Source of the DNA: Gemmatimonadales bacterium
GTDB lineage: Bacteria; Gemmatimonadota; Gemmatimonadetes; Gemmatimonadales; GWC2-71-9
Length of the DNA: 64,000 bases
Direction of reading: 5' to 3'
Assembly (NCBI GenBank): GCA_041577295.1
Contig: JBFGJG010000007.1
Location: forward strand, 1 to 64,000
Shown here: in pieces, positions 18,237-28,495 of the stretch
Layout of the letters: each line of letters begins with the position of its first letter
Numbering within the stretch: position 1 is the first letter of the stretch
Made by a program: the position numbers and the translations under genes
The notes under the pieces: model-generated
What the model saw: only the letters and a program-made list of their open reading frames with translations
The model's database searches: none
What the model was told of the DNA's origin: nothing

Positions 18237-20090
18237 TCATCCTCCTTCAACCCACCGTTCGTACCAGCGCTCCAACACCAGAATCGGCCACAGGGCTCGC
18301 GCGTGGTTCGCGCGACCACTTCGGTGCTCGGAGACAAGCTGATGGACCAACCCGGGCTGCAACACCCCTCGGGCAGCAGTCCGCTCCGGAGCCAACAGCC
18401 GCTCCACCTCCGACCGAAGGTCGTGGTTGAGCCAGCGTGCCATCGGAACACTCAGCCCGCGCTTGGCTCGGCTAACGCACCACCCCGGGAGCCAGCGAGA
18501 TGCGACCTCTTTGAGGATCCACTTGGTCGTGATGCCGCGAAGCTTGAGCTCCGGGGGCAGACCGAGCACAAACGCGCTCAGATTTCTGTCGAGATACGGC
18601 GCCCGCGCTTCGATAGAGGCGAGCATCGTTGCGCGATCTAACTTCGTGAGGAGGCCATCGCGCAGGTAGGTACGGTAGTCCAAGAGCATGACCGCCGTCA
18701 GTCCATTGGCAACCGCGTGATGCATCTCGGGGCCACGGTGCTCGCCAAGCCATCGCCGCACGCGGAGCGTATCTGGGAGACCGGTGCCAAACCAACGGAC
18801 GTGGCGCTCCAACCACGGTCGCTCTGCCGCTGTGAGGAACCGTTTCACCAAGAACGTGAGCGGGACCTTGTCTGGAGAGACGGGGAGGAGCGATACCGTC
18901 GCAAGGGTGGCTCGCTTGACGAAGGAGGGGAGACCGCCAAACACCGGCGCAAGCCGGTGCCCGAGATACGTTGGGTACCCACCGAACAGCTCGTCGGCTC
19001 CCTCGCCGCTCATCACCACCTTGACCTCCTCCGCCGCGCGAGCGGCGAGGAGATAAGTTGGAAGGACAGCGGGATCGGCCAGCGGCTCGGCGATGGATGT
19101 CGTGAGCTGATCGAGGGCGTGCAACGCGTCGGGAGGTCGGACAGGTATCACCGTGTGACGAATGCCGAGATGCGAGGCCACGGCCGCGGCGGGTGCGGAT
19201 TCGTCGTAGCTGCGGTCGTCAAACGCCGCGGTGAACACGCGAAGGCGTTCGGCTCCGATGGCGCGCACGGCCATTGCTGCGAGCAGCGATGAATCGACTC
19301 CGCCGCTCCCGAAAACGCCGAGCGGTGCGTCGCTTACGAGCTGGCGAGCCACAGCGTCTTGTAGAAGCGCGTCGACGCGGGCTACCGCATGGGCGGTCGT
19401 GACGGGCTCGGGCGAAATGTGCTCGGGATCCCAGTATTTCGTCAGCGTGACTGTCGAGCGCGATATGCTGAGGACCGTGCCTGCAGGCACCTTGCGGATG
19501 GCGGAGAATAAAGTCCGCGGCTCGAGCACGTATCCCATGACGAGGAGGTCGTCCACCGCGACTGGGTCGATCGTGCGGTGAACACCTGGGTGCTCCAGGA
19601 GCGCCTGGATCTCGGATGCGAACCAGACCTCGTTCTTCAGGCGAGTGTAGAAGAGCGGTTTCTCTCCAGCACGATCTCGCGCCAGGTGGATCGTACGCTT
19701 GTGTCCGTCCCACACCGCGAGGGCGAACATCCCATCAACATCACCTACGGCGTCGGTCCCTCGTTCGCGGAAGAGGGGAAGGAGAGGCTCGGTGTCTGCG
19801 CGTGACCGGTACGGGTAAGTGGCGTAGCGGGCACGCAGCGTAGGCGCATTGTAGATCTCACCGTTGCACGCGAGCCAAAGCTGCCGGCTCTCATCCGTGA
19901 ATGGCTGGTCGCCGGCCGACCGTGGATCTTGGATTCGCAGCCGGCACGCGCCCAGCGCGGCCCCGGGACTTCGCAGCAGACCGTGCCCATCCGGTCCGCG
20001 GTGGCGCAATCGGTTCGCCATACGATCCAGCACCTCGGGGTGCTCGAGTGGTTGACCGGCGAGGCTCACCCCACCATAGATGCCACACAT
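18237..20090 (-). CDS. asnB: Asparagine synthase (glutamine-hydrolysing) family amidotransferase
   Basis: MCGI N-terminal Cys, HRGPD, NGEIYN, SGGVDSS, SGEGADELFGGY. Confidence 0.93.
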   Translation of the reverse strand: MCGIYGGVSLAGQPLEHPEVLDRMANRLRHRGPDGHGLLRSPGAALGACRLRIQDPRSAGDQPFTDESRQLWLACNGEIYNAPTLRARYATYPYRSRADTEPLLPLFRERGTDAVGDVDGMFALAVWDGHKRTIHLARDRAGEKPLFYTRLKNEVWFASEIQALLEHPGVHRTIDPVAVDDLLVMGYVLEPRTLFSAIRKVPAGTVLSISRSTVTLTKYWDPEHISPEPVTTAHAVARVDALLQDAVARQLVSDAPLGVFGSGGVDSSLLAAMAVRAIGAERLRVFTAAFDDRSYDESAPAAAVASHLGIRHTVIPVRPPDALHALDQLTTSIAEPLADPAVLPTYLLAARAAEEVKVVMSGEGADELFGGYPTYLGHRLAPVFGGLPSFVKRATLATVSLLPVSPDKVPLTFLVKRFLTAAERPWLERHVRWFGTGLPDTLRVRRWLGEHRGPEMHHAVANGLTAVMLLDYRTYLRDGLLTKLDRATMLASIEARAPYLDRNLSAFVLGLPPELKLRGITTKWILKEVASRWLPGWCVSRAKRGLSVPMARWLNHDLRSEVERLLAPERTAARGVLQPGLVHQLVSEHRSGRANHARALWPILVLERWYERWVEGG

Positions 20091-20093
20091 TCC

Positions 20094-21833
20094 CTAGCCT
20101 CCTCCGGATCTCAGGACACCCCCAAACCTCACGATCACGCGCGCAGTCGCGGGGCGGGCCGCGAGATCGGAGAGCCCGCAGGGACCATACGCGGCGTACC
20201 GGCCGCTATCCATGAGCAACGGGAGGGCGGCATTGAGCTCGGCACGAGCGGGCGCGTCCGAGCGAATCACGAAAACGCGTGGGCGGTTGCATGTCTGCAG
20301 CGCGTCGCGCCACCACTCGGCCGGGCGGAGTGGGCTGAGCGGTCGGCGTCGCCACGGTTCCAGGTTTCGGATCAGGTAGTTGCTGGTGAGCTCCTCCCCA
20401 TCTGCCGTGGCCAACGTCATTTCGCGCTGGAGATAGAATGGGAGCGACAGCGGAAACGCCTCGATGCCGACGATCTCGGTGGGAACGCTGGTGGCTTCCC
20501 CGATGACTTCGGCGAGGGCTCGGGCGGATCGATCCCGACCGATCGCGTCCATCAGGCCCTGGCTCACAAAAGGAATACTCGCGACCGGCAACGACAGGGC
20601 GGCCAAGGTGAGGGCTTTCCACTGCGACCTGACGAGCCCGACGATCGACGACAAGAGACACACCGATCCGAGCCGCCATGCCGTGGCTGGAATTTCCGCG
20701 GCGACACCAGCCGGTGGCGTGGTCGCCGCGCGAATCGCGTCGTGACCGAACACGAGAAAGAGTCCGAGCGCTCCGAGCGAGGCTGCCGCCCATCTTCCGC
20801 CTACCAGTCGATCAGAGGAGCATCGCCAGATTGCCGCCACCAACAGTCCGATGGCCGGGATCAGCGGAAGTATGTACTGAGGCCTCTTCGACTGCGAGAG
20901 CGAGAAGAAGATGAGCGGAGCCACGATCCAGAGCAGGAGAAAGACAATACGCGGGTCGCGTGGTGGCGTGCGGATACTCCCCGCCAGGGACCGCCATCCA
21001 CCGAGCACGACGAGGGTCCACGGCAGTGCGGCGGCGGGCAGGATGGGGAAGAAGTACCAGAAGGGCTCCGCACGGCGCAGCTCATCGGTCGTGAGGCGAA
21101 CGATCGTCTCCGTGACGATCGCGTGTTCGAAGAAACCCGGTACTTGGCGGGACATGCTCAGCAGCCATGGTCCGAGAAGAGCAAAAAAGAGCAGCACGGA
21201 GACGGGGTCGATTATCCGCCGCAACGTTTGCCGCCAGATCGCGAAGGGAATGACAACGAGAAGCGGAACGGCGAGTGCCACGGGGCCTTTGGTCAAGACC
21301 CCGAGCGCCATGGCGCCCCAGGCGAGCGCCGTCCACCATGGGATGGTTCGGTCCTCCCGGGGTTTCGTCGTTGCCTCGTAAAATCCGACGAGCGCCATTA
21401 CCACGAACAGGGTGAGCGCGCTGTCGAAGATGACGGTGCGCGCGTACGCAATGGTGAACGGTGTTGTGGCCGTTGCGATCCCGGCAGCCACCCCTGCGGT
21501 GGGGCCAAAGTGGCGACGTCCGAACCAGACGAGTAGGGTGAGTGTCGCGAGGGTAAACAGCAACGACGGAAGGCGCACCGCCGTTTCGGTTGGGCCCAGG
21601 AGTTCGATCATCACGGCTCCAGCCGCGAAGTAGAGCACCGGTTTGTCCAGATAGGGGAGACCATTGAGCTGGGGGAGCACGTAATCGTTAGAAGCCGCCA
21701 TTTCACGCGCGACCTCCGCGTTTCGCCCTTCATCGGGATCGAGGAGCGGGTATCCGCCAAGGTGGATGGTGAGACCGAGCAGCGCGAGAGCGGCCGCTAT
21801 GGCGAGCCAGACCCCGGTACGCGATGTTGTCAC
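20094..21833 (-). CDS. ArnT/PMT-family (GT-C) membrane glycosyltransferase
   Basis: DPDEGRNAEVAREM, YLDKPVLY, LTKGPV, SKRPQYILP; many TM helices. Start probably GTG 21833. Confidence 0.88.
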   Translation of the reverse strand: MTTSRTGVWLAIAAALALLGLTIHLGGYPLLDPDEGRNAEVAREMAASNDYVLPQLNGLPYLDKPVLYFAAGAVMIELLGPTETAVRLPSLLFTLATLTLLVWFGRRHFGPTAGVAAGIATATTPFTIAYARTVIFDSALTLFVVMALVGFYEATTKPREDRTIPWWTALAWGAMALGVLTKGPVALAVPLLVVIPFAIWRQTLRRIIDPVSVLLFFALLGPWLLSMSRQVPGFFEHAIVTETIVRLTTDELRRAEPFWYFFPILPAAALPWTLVVLGGWRSLAGSIRTPPRDPRIVFLLLWIVAPLIFFSLSQSKRPQYILPLIPAIGLLVAAIWRCSSDRLVGGRWAAASLGALGLFLVFGHDAIRAATTPPAGVAAEIPATAWRLGSVCLLSSIVGLVRSQWKALTLAALSLPVASIPFVSQGLMDAIGRDRSARALAEVIGEATSVPTEIVGIEAFPLSLPFYLQREMTLATADGEELTSNYLIRNLEPWRRRPLSPLRPAEWWRDALQTCNRPRVFVIRSDAPARAELNAALPLLMDSGRYAAYGPCGLSDLAARPATARVIVRFGGVLRSGGG

Positions 21834-21866
21834 GGAAGGTTGTAGGAAGGTATAGTCTCCCAAAGT

Positions 21867-22343
21867 ATGAGTGACCGGGAACGGGCGCTCAAGCTATTTC
21901 AGCGCGCGTACGAGTGCCAGCAGCACGGTGACCTCGACGACGCTGTGCGCCTCTATCAGGCATCGATCGCAGCGTCGCCGACTGCGGAGGCACACACGTT
22001 TTTGGGCTGGGTGTACAGTATGCAGCGCCGTTACGAGGAGGCGATCGCGGAGTGCAAGCGCGCGATAGCGGTCGATCCGACGTTCGGCAATCCTTACAAC
22101 GATATCGGTGCTTACCTGATCGAATTGGGCCGGGACGACGACGCCATTCCTTGGTTTCACAAGGCCATGCAAGCGGTCCGCTACGAGGCCCCACATTTCC
22201 CGCATGTGAATCTGGCCCGTATCTACGAGCGTCGAGGAGAGCTGCTGGAAGCGCTTGCCGAGCTCACGCATGCCGACCGCAAGATGCCTGGTCACCAGCC
22301 TGTGACCTTGGCGATCAGGCGACTTCAGGCTCGGGTGAACTAG
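21867..22343 (+). CDS. Tetratricopeptide repeat protein
   Basis: Tandem TPR consensus (AEAHTFLGWVY, GNPYNDIGAYL). Confidence 0.9.
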   Translation: MSDRERALKLFQRAYECQQHGDLDDAVRLYQASIAASPTAEAHTFLGWVYSMQRRYEEAIAECKRAIAVDPTFGNPYNDIGAYLIELGRDDDAIPWFHKAMQAVRYEAPHFPHVNLARIYERRGELLEALAELTHADRKMPGHQPVTLAIRRLQARVN

Positions 22344-22731
22344 GACGTCGCGCTACCGTGATCGGGACCTCAGTCTGAACGGTCCCGTCGACGGTAACCT
22401 CAAAGCGGTAGCGTCCGGCTTTCGCGAACGGGACGTCAAACACCAGGACCGTACCAGCCTCAATCTCCAACACACCCGCAGGCGGCTCGGAGAAGTCGAC
22501 CTTCCCGTGTCCCGAGAGAACGTCTGCGCCCTCTTCGTCCCGCAGCCGAATGCTCACGGGGTGCTCACCCACTTCGGTACGAGAGCCTTTCAAGCGAATC
22601 ACGAGATACAATCGCCGGTGGACGGCCGGGAACGACGTGACCCAGATGTGTTGAAAGATCCCGAGTACCGAAAGTTTGCCAAACTGATCGACGATGGCGT
22701 AATCGCACGCGACAGCGAAATCGATGTTCAC
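22315..22731 (-). CDS. Conserved beta-rich hypothetical protein (DUF6941-like)
   Basis: ACDYAIVDQFGKLSVLGIF...FAKAGRYRFEV pattern. GTG 22731 follows nth. Confidence 0.65.
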   Translation of the reverse strand: MNIDFAVACDYAIVDQFGKLSVLGIFQHIWVTSFPAVHRRLYLVIRLKGSRTEVGEHPVSIRLRDEEGADVLSGHGKVDFSEPPAGVLEIEAGTVLVFDVPFAKAGRYRFEVTVDGTVQTEVPITVARRPSSPEPEVA

Positions 22732-22750
22732 GACGCGGGGAGCGAGGTGC

Positions 22751-23410
22751 TCAGACCTTGGACGAGGGACACAGCGTGTTGATCGCGCAGATCTCGCACT
22801 TGGGCGTCCGAGCCTGACACACTTGGCGCCCATGAAAGATCAGCAGATGCGAAAACAACGTCCATTCGCGACGCGGGACCAGCTTCATCAGGTCTCGCTC
22901 GATCTTCTCGGGATCCTTTTGCTTGGTGAGTTTGAGGCGATTCGCGATCCGGTTCACGTGCGTATCGACCACGACGCCGTCGTTGATGCCGAAAGCGTTT
23001 CCGAGCACGACGTTGGCGGTCTTGCGCCCGACTCCGGGCAGGCGCACGAGGTCGTCCATCGATCGCGGCACCTCCCCATGGTGTTGTTCGACCAGTGCCT
23101 TGGCCATCCCCAGGATCGACTTCGTCTTGTTGCGAAAGAATCCGGTGGACCTGATCTCCTCCGCGAACTCGTCCGGGTTGGCGTTCGCGTAGTCGGCTGC
23201 GGTCCGATACTTCTGAAACAAGTCCTTGGTGACCATGTTGACGCGCACGTCCGTGCACTGCGCGCTGAGGATGGTCGCGACGAGGAGTTCGAGCGCGTTG
23301 CGATGATCGAGCGCACAGTGAGCGTCGGGGTATTGTCGCTTCAGGTTTCGGATGATTGGCCCGATCCGTTCCTTGGCCAGTCGCTTGTTGGTGGCAGCCC
23401 GCTTCTTCAT
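22751..23410 (-). CDS. nth: Endonuclease III
   Basis: ILSAQCTD, HhH LPGVGRKTANVV, VDTHV, FeS motif CQARTPKCEICAINTLC. Confidence 0.97.
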   Translation of the reverse strand: MKKRAATNKRLAKERIGPIIRNLKRQYPDAHCALDHRNALELLVATILSAQCTDVRVNMVTKDLFQKYRTAADYANANPDEFAEEIRSTGFFRNKTKSILGMAKALVEQHHGEVPRSMDDLVRLPGVGRKTANVVLGNAFGINDGVVVDTHVNRIANRLKLTKQKDPEKIERDLMKLVPRREWTLFSHLLIFHGRQVCQARTPKCEICAINTLCPSSKV

Positions 23411-25134
23411 TGGGTGCTGCGACGGCGTCGCACGTGCTCGAGAAAGACTTCGAGTGGTTGCGCGTTGAGTATCTGCTCACCCGTCAGCCACCCCTTGCGT
23501 GCCACCCCAACACCTAAGGCAAGGTTGTTCATTCCGGCGACGCTATGCGCGTCGGCGCCGATCGAAATGGTGACTCCCTTATGTGCAGCGCGTCGAACAG
23601 CCCGCCAGTCGAGGTCCAGGCGCTGAGGGTCCGCGTTGATCTCGACAGCGACACCGCGTTGAGCGGCCTTCTCGAATACGGCGTCCAGATCCAGAGGATA
23701 TGGGTCGCGTGAGAGCAACAACCGTCCCGTAGGATGACCGAGTATCGCCATCGAAGGATCGTCCATCGCGGCGAGGATCCGGTCGGTCATCTGGCGTTCG
23801 TTCATTCCATGCCGCGTATGCACCGAAGCGATGATGAAGTCGAAGCGTGCCCGGACCTGCGGCGTGTAATCGAGCGAGCCATCCTCGAGGATGTCAGCCT
23901 CGACCCCCTTGAGCACGCGAAAGTCGACGAACCCACGGTTGGCCTCGTCGATCTCGGCGTGTTGGTTGGCGATTTGAGAGACGGCAAGCCCACCCGCGTA
24001 GGCGGCCGAGTGACTGTGATCGGTGATGCCGACGTACTGGTACCCCGCCGCATGGCACGCAGATGCCCACTCTCCTACCGTGCTCCCACCGTCTGAGTAG
24101 TTCGAGTGGCAATGGAGGAACCCTCTTAGTTCATTGCTGGACACCAGGCTTGGCAGCCGGCCCGCCACGGCGCGCTCGACCTCTCCAACACCCTCCCGCA
24201 GCTCTGGCGCGACAAAGGGCATTTCGAGATGTCGATATACGTCTTCTTCGCTCGGCGTCGCAATGAGCTCTCCATCGCGCATGAGACCGTGATCCGTCCA
24301 TGCAAGGTCGACTGACTCAGCTCGCCGACGGAGGGCGTCGAGGTGTTCTGGTGAGCCGGTGGCGCGTAGGAGTTGAAAGCCGAACTCGCCTGGCGGAGCC
24401 CAGTAAATATCCGCGACCGTCCCGCTCGCGAAGCGCAGCGTAAGTGCCCGCTCGGTCGTGCTGACGAACTCCCGGACACCGGGAACCTTTCCGAGCCGAT
24501 CGACCAAGGCCGTCGGCGAGCCGGCGAGTTGCACGACGAAATCGAGATCGCGAATCACCTCACACCAGCGACGTACGCTTCCGGCAATCTCTGTGCGCTC
24601 GACTCCCGGCATATCCGACAGCACCGTCGCCAATGCGGTGGCCTCTTGTCGAGCGTGATGCAAGAGCCGGAATTCGCTCACTTGGCGAACGTACTCGATT
24701 CCCTTGAGGATTCGCTCGGCTGTGCGAGGCCCAAAGCGCGGCAACTGCGCGAGTCGCCCCGCACGGGCGGCGACCTCGAGATCTGCCAACGAGTCGATGT
24801 GCAAGGTGTCGTGGATCTGGCGGACCTTGGTCACGCCGAGACCGGGAATCCTGAGCATCTCGACTAACCCGGGCGGCACCTGATCGCGGAGTTGCTCGAG
24901 TATCGGGCTCGTTCCGGTCGTCAACACCTGCGCGACGATGTCCAGTGTGGCTGGGCCAATCCCCTTGAGCTCAGCAAGCTCGCCGGTGGTGAGAGCGTCT
25001 CGGAGGTCTCCCTGAAAGGCACCGATGGCTCGGGCAGCGTTGTGGTACGCCCGGACCCGGAATTGATCTTCGCCTCGGAGCTCGAGGTACGCGGCAATCT
25101 CCTCAAGCGTGCTGGCGACTTCTTTCTTGTCCAT
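23407..25134 (-). CDS. polX: DNA polymerase X with PHP 3'-5' exonuclease domain
   Basis: HhH repeats, AGSVRR, DLD, ATGS, PELRE; PHP motifs HCHSNYSDG, TDHS, HPTGR, DAH. Confidence 0.95.
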   Translation of the reverse strand: MDKKEVASTLEEIAAYLELRGEDQFRVRAYHNAARAIGAFQGDLRDALTTGELAELKGIGPATLDIVAQVLTTGTSPILEQLRDQVPPGLVEMLRIPGLGVTKVRQIHDTLHIDSLADLEVAARAGRLAQLPRFGPRTAERILKGIEYVRQVSEFRLLHHARQEATALATVLSDMPGVERTEIAGSVRRWCEVIRDLDFVVQLAGSPTALVDRLGKVPGVREFVSTTERALTLRFASGTVADIYWAPPGEFGFQLLRATGSPEHLDALRRRAESVDLAWTDHGLMRDGELIATPSEEDVYRHLEMPFVAPELREGVGEVERAVAGRLPSLVSSNELRGFLHCHSNYSDGGSTVGEWASACHAAGYQYVGITDHSHSAAYAGGLAVSQIANQHAEIDEANRGFVDFRVLKGVEADILEDGSLDYTPQVRARFDFIIASVHTRHGMNERQMTDRILAAMDDPSMAILGHPTGRLLLSRDPYPLDLDAVFEKAAQRGVAVEINADPQRLDLDWRAVRRAAHKGVTISIGADAHSVAGMNNLALGVGVARKGWLTGEQILNAQPLEVFLEHVRRRRSTQ

Positions 25135-25150
25135 ACCGTCTGTTCGGAAC

Positions 25151-25816
25151 CTACTCGCTCACTTCGGTCAACGCGAGGCGAGCGAGGTAGAGCAACTCTG
25201 CGACGGACGTGACCGATTTGAGACCGGCCGAACCACCGCCCTCGATAGTTGGCGCAAAAGGTGGCCGACGGACCGCGGAGCGAGCGTCGTCCCAGTCGGT
25301 GAGCGTAGCGTGCACGACGACCTGACTGAAGCCGGTGCGTCCCGCGTGGAAGCCCAGCACAGCCAGCGCGATGAGCTCGTGCGTCGAGGTCGCGAGATAC
25401 ACGCCGTCGACCGGCTCATGTGGAGCCGCTGGATCGATCTGCGCCCAGAACCAGCGTTCGGGGAGCTGGAGATAGCACGCTCCATCCGGCACCGGGCGGG
25501 CCGGTGAGTCTGGCATCTCGAGTAGGAGTCGTTCGAACCGTGCGCGATCGACGGAGACCACTCGTTGCCCAGCATCCCAAAATCGATACATGACGTATAA
25601 CGTAGTGAGGTATTCAGCAGCGGCCTCGGGCCGATCCTCGATCACCTCAGGCATTGCGAGCATTGCAAGCGCGCGTTGGGTAGTCGGGAGACTCGCGAAC
25701 TGTGCAGGATCGGCGAGATCGGTGTTCCGCGTCCGACCCTCCTCACGAATCGCTCCAAAGTGATGCTCGGCCAGCTCACCAAAGGTGCGGTCGAAGGGGG
25801 TGGTCCTGGTCATCAC
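25151..25816 (-). CDS. Hypothetical protein
   Basis: 221-aa ORF coupled to the upstream hydrolase and 16 nt before polX. No family recognised. Confidence 0.7.
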   Translation of the reverse strand: MMTRTTPFDRTFGELAEHHFGAIREEGRTRNTDLADPAQFASLPTTQRALAMLAMPEVIEDRPEAAAEYLTTLYVMYRFWDAGQRVVSVDRARFERLLLEMPDSPARPVPDGACYLQLPERWFWAQIDPAAPHEPVDGVYLATSTHELIALAVLGFHAGRTGFSQVVVHATLTDWDDARSAVRRPPFAPTIEGGGSAGLKSVTSVAELLYLARLALTEVSE

Positions 25817-26649
25817 CGTCGCGGTAAAAAATCGTTGAGAACCTCGACGAAGCGAGCATGCTCCTCGACGTGCGGCACGTGGCCGGAATGCTCGAAGATG
25901 TGCAGTGGCGCGTGCAGCAGCTCCGCGGTGCGCTCCGATGCGGACAGCGGAATTGGGTCGTGCCGTCCATGAGCAACGAGTGCCGGTACCGAGAGCGTTC
26001 GAAGCCGATCGTGTAAGTCGTACTCGCCAAGACTCTCCCAGACGGCGCGTTGCGTGCGCTCGGTCACGCGAAACGGTGTGAGGTCTCGCGCCTGATCCAT
26101 ATCCGCGAAGTATCCCGCCACCGAGAGCTCGAACAGGCGCCGGCGATAGGCATCGGGATCTCGCTCGCGGAGGCCGGAGCGTTGAAGTTGCTCACGACGC
26201 TGCTGGATGGCCGGGTCCTTCATCCGTGCCGCGAATCGTTGCTCAAAGCGTCGACGCTCCGCGGCGGTCGCCGGGGCCGGCGACACGAGGCCCAGTCGCG
26301 CTACACGTTCGCGATGCTCCACCGCAAACAGCATGGCGAGCAAGCCGCCCCACGAATACCCCAACAGGGTGGCCGACTGGATTTCCCAAACGTCGAGCAG
26401 CGCCTCGAGATCGGCGACATGCGCTTGCCACCCAACAGAAACCTCCCGATCGGTCCGAGAGCGGCCACCGCCCCGCTGGTCGTAGTATCGCAGCCGCCTA
26501 CCGGTGGCCAGCGCGTCGTACTGTGGCAAGAGGTAATCGTGATGCGCGCCGGGGCCGCCGTGCAGAACCACGACCTCGTGTCCGGTGCCAATGCTTCGCG
26601 TGTAGAGGTTGACCCCGTTTACGGAAACGGTTGCTTCGGTAGGAACCAC
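25813..26649 (-). CDS. Alpha/beta hydrolase, proline iminopeptidase-like
   Basis: HGGPG, YDQRGGGRS, nucleophile elbow GYSWGG, GRHD, SGH. Confidence 0.9.
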   Translation of the reverse strand: MVPTEATVSVNGVNLYTRSIGTGHEVVVLHGGPGAHHDYLLPQYDALATGRRLRYYDQRGGGRSRTDREVSVGWQAHVADLEALLDVWEIQSATLLGYSWGGLLAMLFAVEHRERVARLGLVSPAPATAAERRRFEQRFAARMKDPAIQQRREQLQRSGLRERDPDAYRRRLFELSVAGYFADMDQARDLTPFRVTERTQRAVWESLGEYDLHDRLRTLSVPALVAHGRHDPIPLSASERTAELLHAPLHIFEHSGHVPHVEEHARFVEVLNDFLPRR

Positions 26650-26663
26650 GAGCGCCCGAAACC

Positions 26664-27125
26664 TCAGAGCAGCACGGCTAGCGCGTCGGCCACCTGCTTG
26701 ACTGCATCGTGCTCGACGTCGGTAAACCCGTTGGAAACGTCGCTGTCGATGTCGATTTGGCCGAGGATCTCGTCATGACGACGAATGAGCACGACGAGCT
26801 CGGAGCGGGTTTCGATACTGCACGCCAAATAATCTTCCGCGACGGATACATCCGGCACGTTGATGTCCTGGCGCTCGGCTACGGCTCGGCCGCAGATGCC
26901 TTTCCCGATGGGGATGCGGGTATGATCCGTGGGCCGGCCGTCGAAGGCCTCGAGCACCAACTCGTCACCGTGGACCATGTAGAGGTACACACCGGTGTAC
27001 GGCGGTCCGGACTCGCGGATGCGCGTCGCCACGAGTTGTAGAAGCTCTTGGCGCGAGACATCTCGACAGAACGCCGCGTGGAGCGCTCGCACGATCGCAT
27101 CGGCCCCAAGGACGGCGTTACCCAC
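26664..27125 (-). CDS. GAF-domain protein, free methionine-R-sulfoxide reductase-like
   Basis: IPIGKGICG, YLACSIETRSELVV and IDIDS motifs as in fRMsr/MsrC. Confidence 0.8.
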   Translation of the reverse strand: MGNAVLGADAIVRALHAAFCRDVSRQELLQLVATRIRESGPPYTGVYLYMVHGDELVLEAFDGRPTDHTRIPIGKGICGRAVAERQDINVPDVSVAEDYLACSIETRSELVVLIRRHDEILGQIDIDSDVSNGFTDVEHDAVKQVADALAVLL

Positions 27126-28395
27126 CGCGCTTGCCCAGCGTCGCCGCGAGCTCGAGGCGCTCGCCGTCCCGCACCACCACGACGATCACCTCATCGCCGG
27201 GACGATGCGCGCGTAAGGCGTCCGTCATGTGATAGAGGTTCTCGATGTCGTGCGATCCTATGCGAACGATGATGTCTCCCTTGTGTAATCCAGCTGTTTC
27301 GGCAGGACTTCCGGAGCGGACCCCCGTGATACGAACTCCTCCCGGGGATTCGCTCATGTCCGGGATGGTGCCGAGGTAAGCGCCGTAGCCGCCGCCCGTG
27401 GTGGGTTGCGGCGGGGCAACCTCGGCGTACGTCAGACGCTCCGGTCTGGTGGCGATCGACCAGACGAGGTCGGCGGCCACGTTCACGACCCGGGCCAGTC
27501 CGTTGAGGTTGATGGCCGGCGCGTCGTCAGTCGTGCGATGGTAATCCTCATGTGTATCGGTGAAGAAGTGCACCACCGGAATCGCTTCGCCGTAGAAGGA
27601 CGAGTGATCGCTCCGACCCCACGGGTCGGGTACCACGCGGACCTCGACACCGTGCGTCCCCGCCGCGGCCGTCACCAGATCTGGAAGCTCCTCAGCCGAA
27701 CCAGTGCCGATGGCTAGGAGACGACCTTCCCTCAGCCGACCCACCATGTCGAAGTTGATCATGGCAGCCGTCACGGCCGAGGGGAAGACGGGGTTCTTCA
27801 CATAGTGCATCGAGCCGAGAAGACCCAGCTCCTCCGCCGTGAACGCAACGAAGACCACGCTGCGCGCGTCCTTGTGCGTGCGCGACGCGAGCGCTCTGGC
27901 CGTCTCGATCAGCGCTGCTGTGCCGGACGCGTTGTCGTCAGCGCCATTGTGCACGACCCCGGTGCTGTCGGGATCGAGGCTGCCAAAGCCACCTAGTCCG
28001 AGGTGATCATAGTGGGCACCGACGATCACGGCCTGGCCCGCGAGACTCCCTCGTCCAGGCAGGATACCAATCACGTTGGCGACGGGAAGACCCCCGAGAC
28101 CGCTGTGCGCGAGTGTGGGCGCGGTGGAGTCGAGGGTGAATGGCTGAAGAAATCCCGCCGTGCCGCCGGGCTCAAGCCCGAGGCGGGCAAAGGCCCGCGC
28201 GATGTACGCCGCAGCCGAATCAAGCCCACTTGTTCCCACCCCACGCCCTTCGCGGACATCGGATGCGAGGTACGTCACGTGCTGCAGTAGACGGTCGACG
28301 GTACTCTCGGGGGCGCTTTGAGCCTCAACCGCCGCCGCCGTCGCGATGCTCGCGCCGTTAAGCAGGATCAAGGAAAACAGCGTGCTTCGATGCAT
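27118..28395 (-). CDS. Secreted M28 peptidase with C-terminal PDZ domain
   Basis: GAHYDHLG, GADDNASG, AEELG, SDH, YH; PDZ YLGTIPD...GSPAETAGLHKGD. Confidence 0.92.
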   Translation of the reverse strand: MHRSTLFSLILLNGASIATAAAVEAQSAPESTVDRLLQHVTYLASDVREGRGVGTSGLDSAAAYIARAFARLGLEPGGTAGFLQPFTLDSTAPTLAHSGLGGLPVANVIGILPGRGSLAGQAVIVGAHYDHLGLGGFGSLDPDSTGVVHNGADDNASGTAALIETARALASRTHKDARSVVFVAFTAEELGLLGSMHYVKNPVFPSAVTAAMINFDMVGRLREGRLLAIGTGSAEELPDLVTAAAGTHGVEVRVVPDPWGRSDHSSFYGEAIPVVHFFTDTHEDYHRTTDDAPAINLNGLARVVNVAADLVWSIATRPERLTYAEVAPPQPTTGGGYGAYLGTIPDMSESPGGVRITGVRSGSPAETAGLHKGDIIVRIGSHDIENLYHMTDALRAHRPGDEVIVVVVRDGERLELAATLGKRGG

Positions 28396-28495
28396 AATCT
28401 GGCCTGGCTGCCCTCGGTCGGTCTATCTTATGGATTAGACATCTGATCGACACGGTAAAGCGATCGTGCTTAGAAAAATGTAACTAGAGACCACG

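Noticed and set aside
19929..21536. 535-aa plus-strand ORF
   Set aside because: Antisense shadow of the ArnT-like gene; Arg/Gly-rich with no motifs; typical of GC-rich DNA.
28420..28495. Riboswitch or operator upstream of the ECF S component (GTCTA...TAGAC)
   Set aside because: Only a 5-bp inverted match; no recognisable TPP, FMN, cobalamin or preQ1 consensus.
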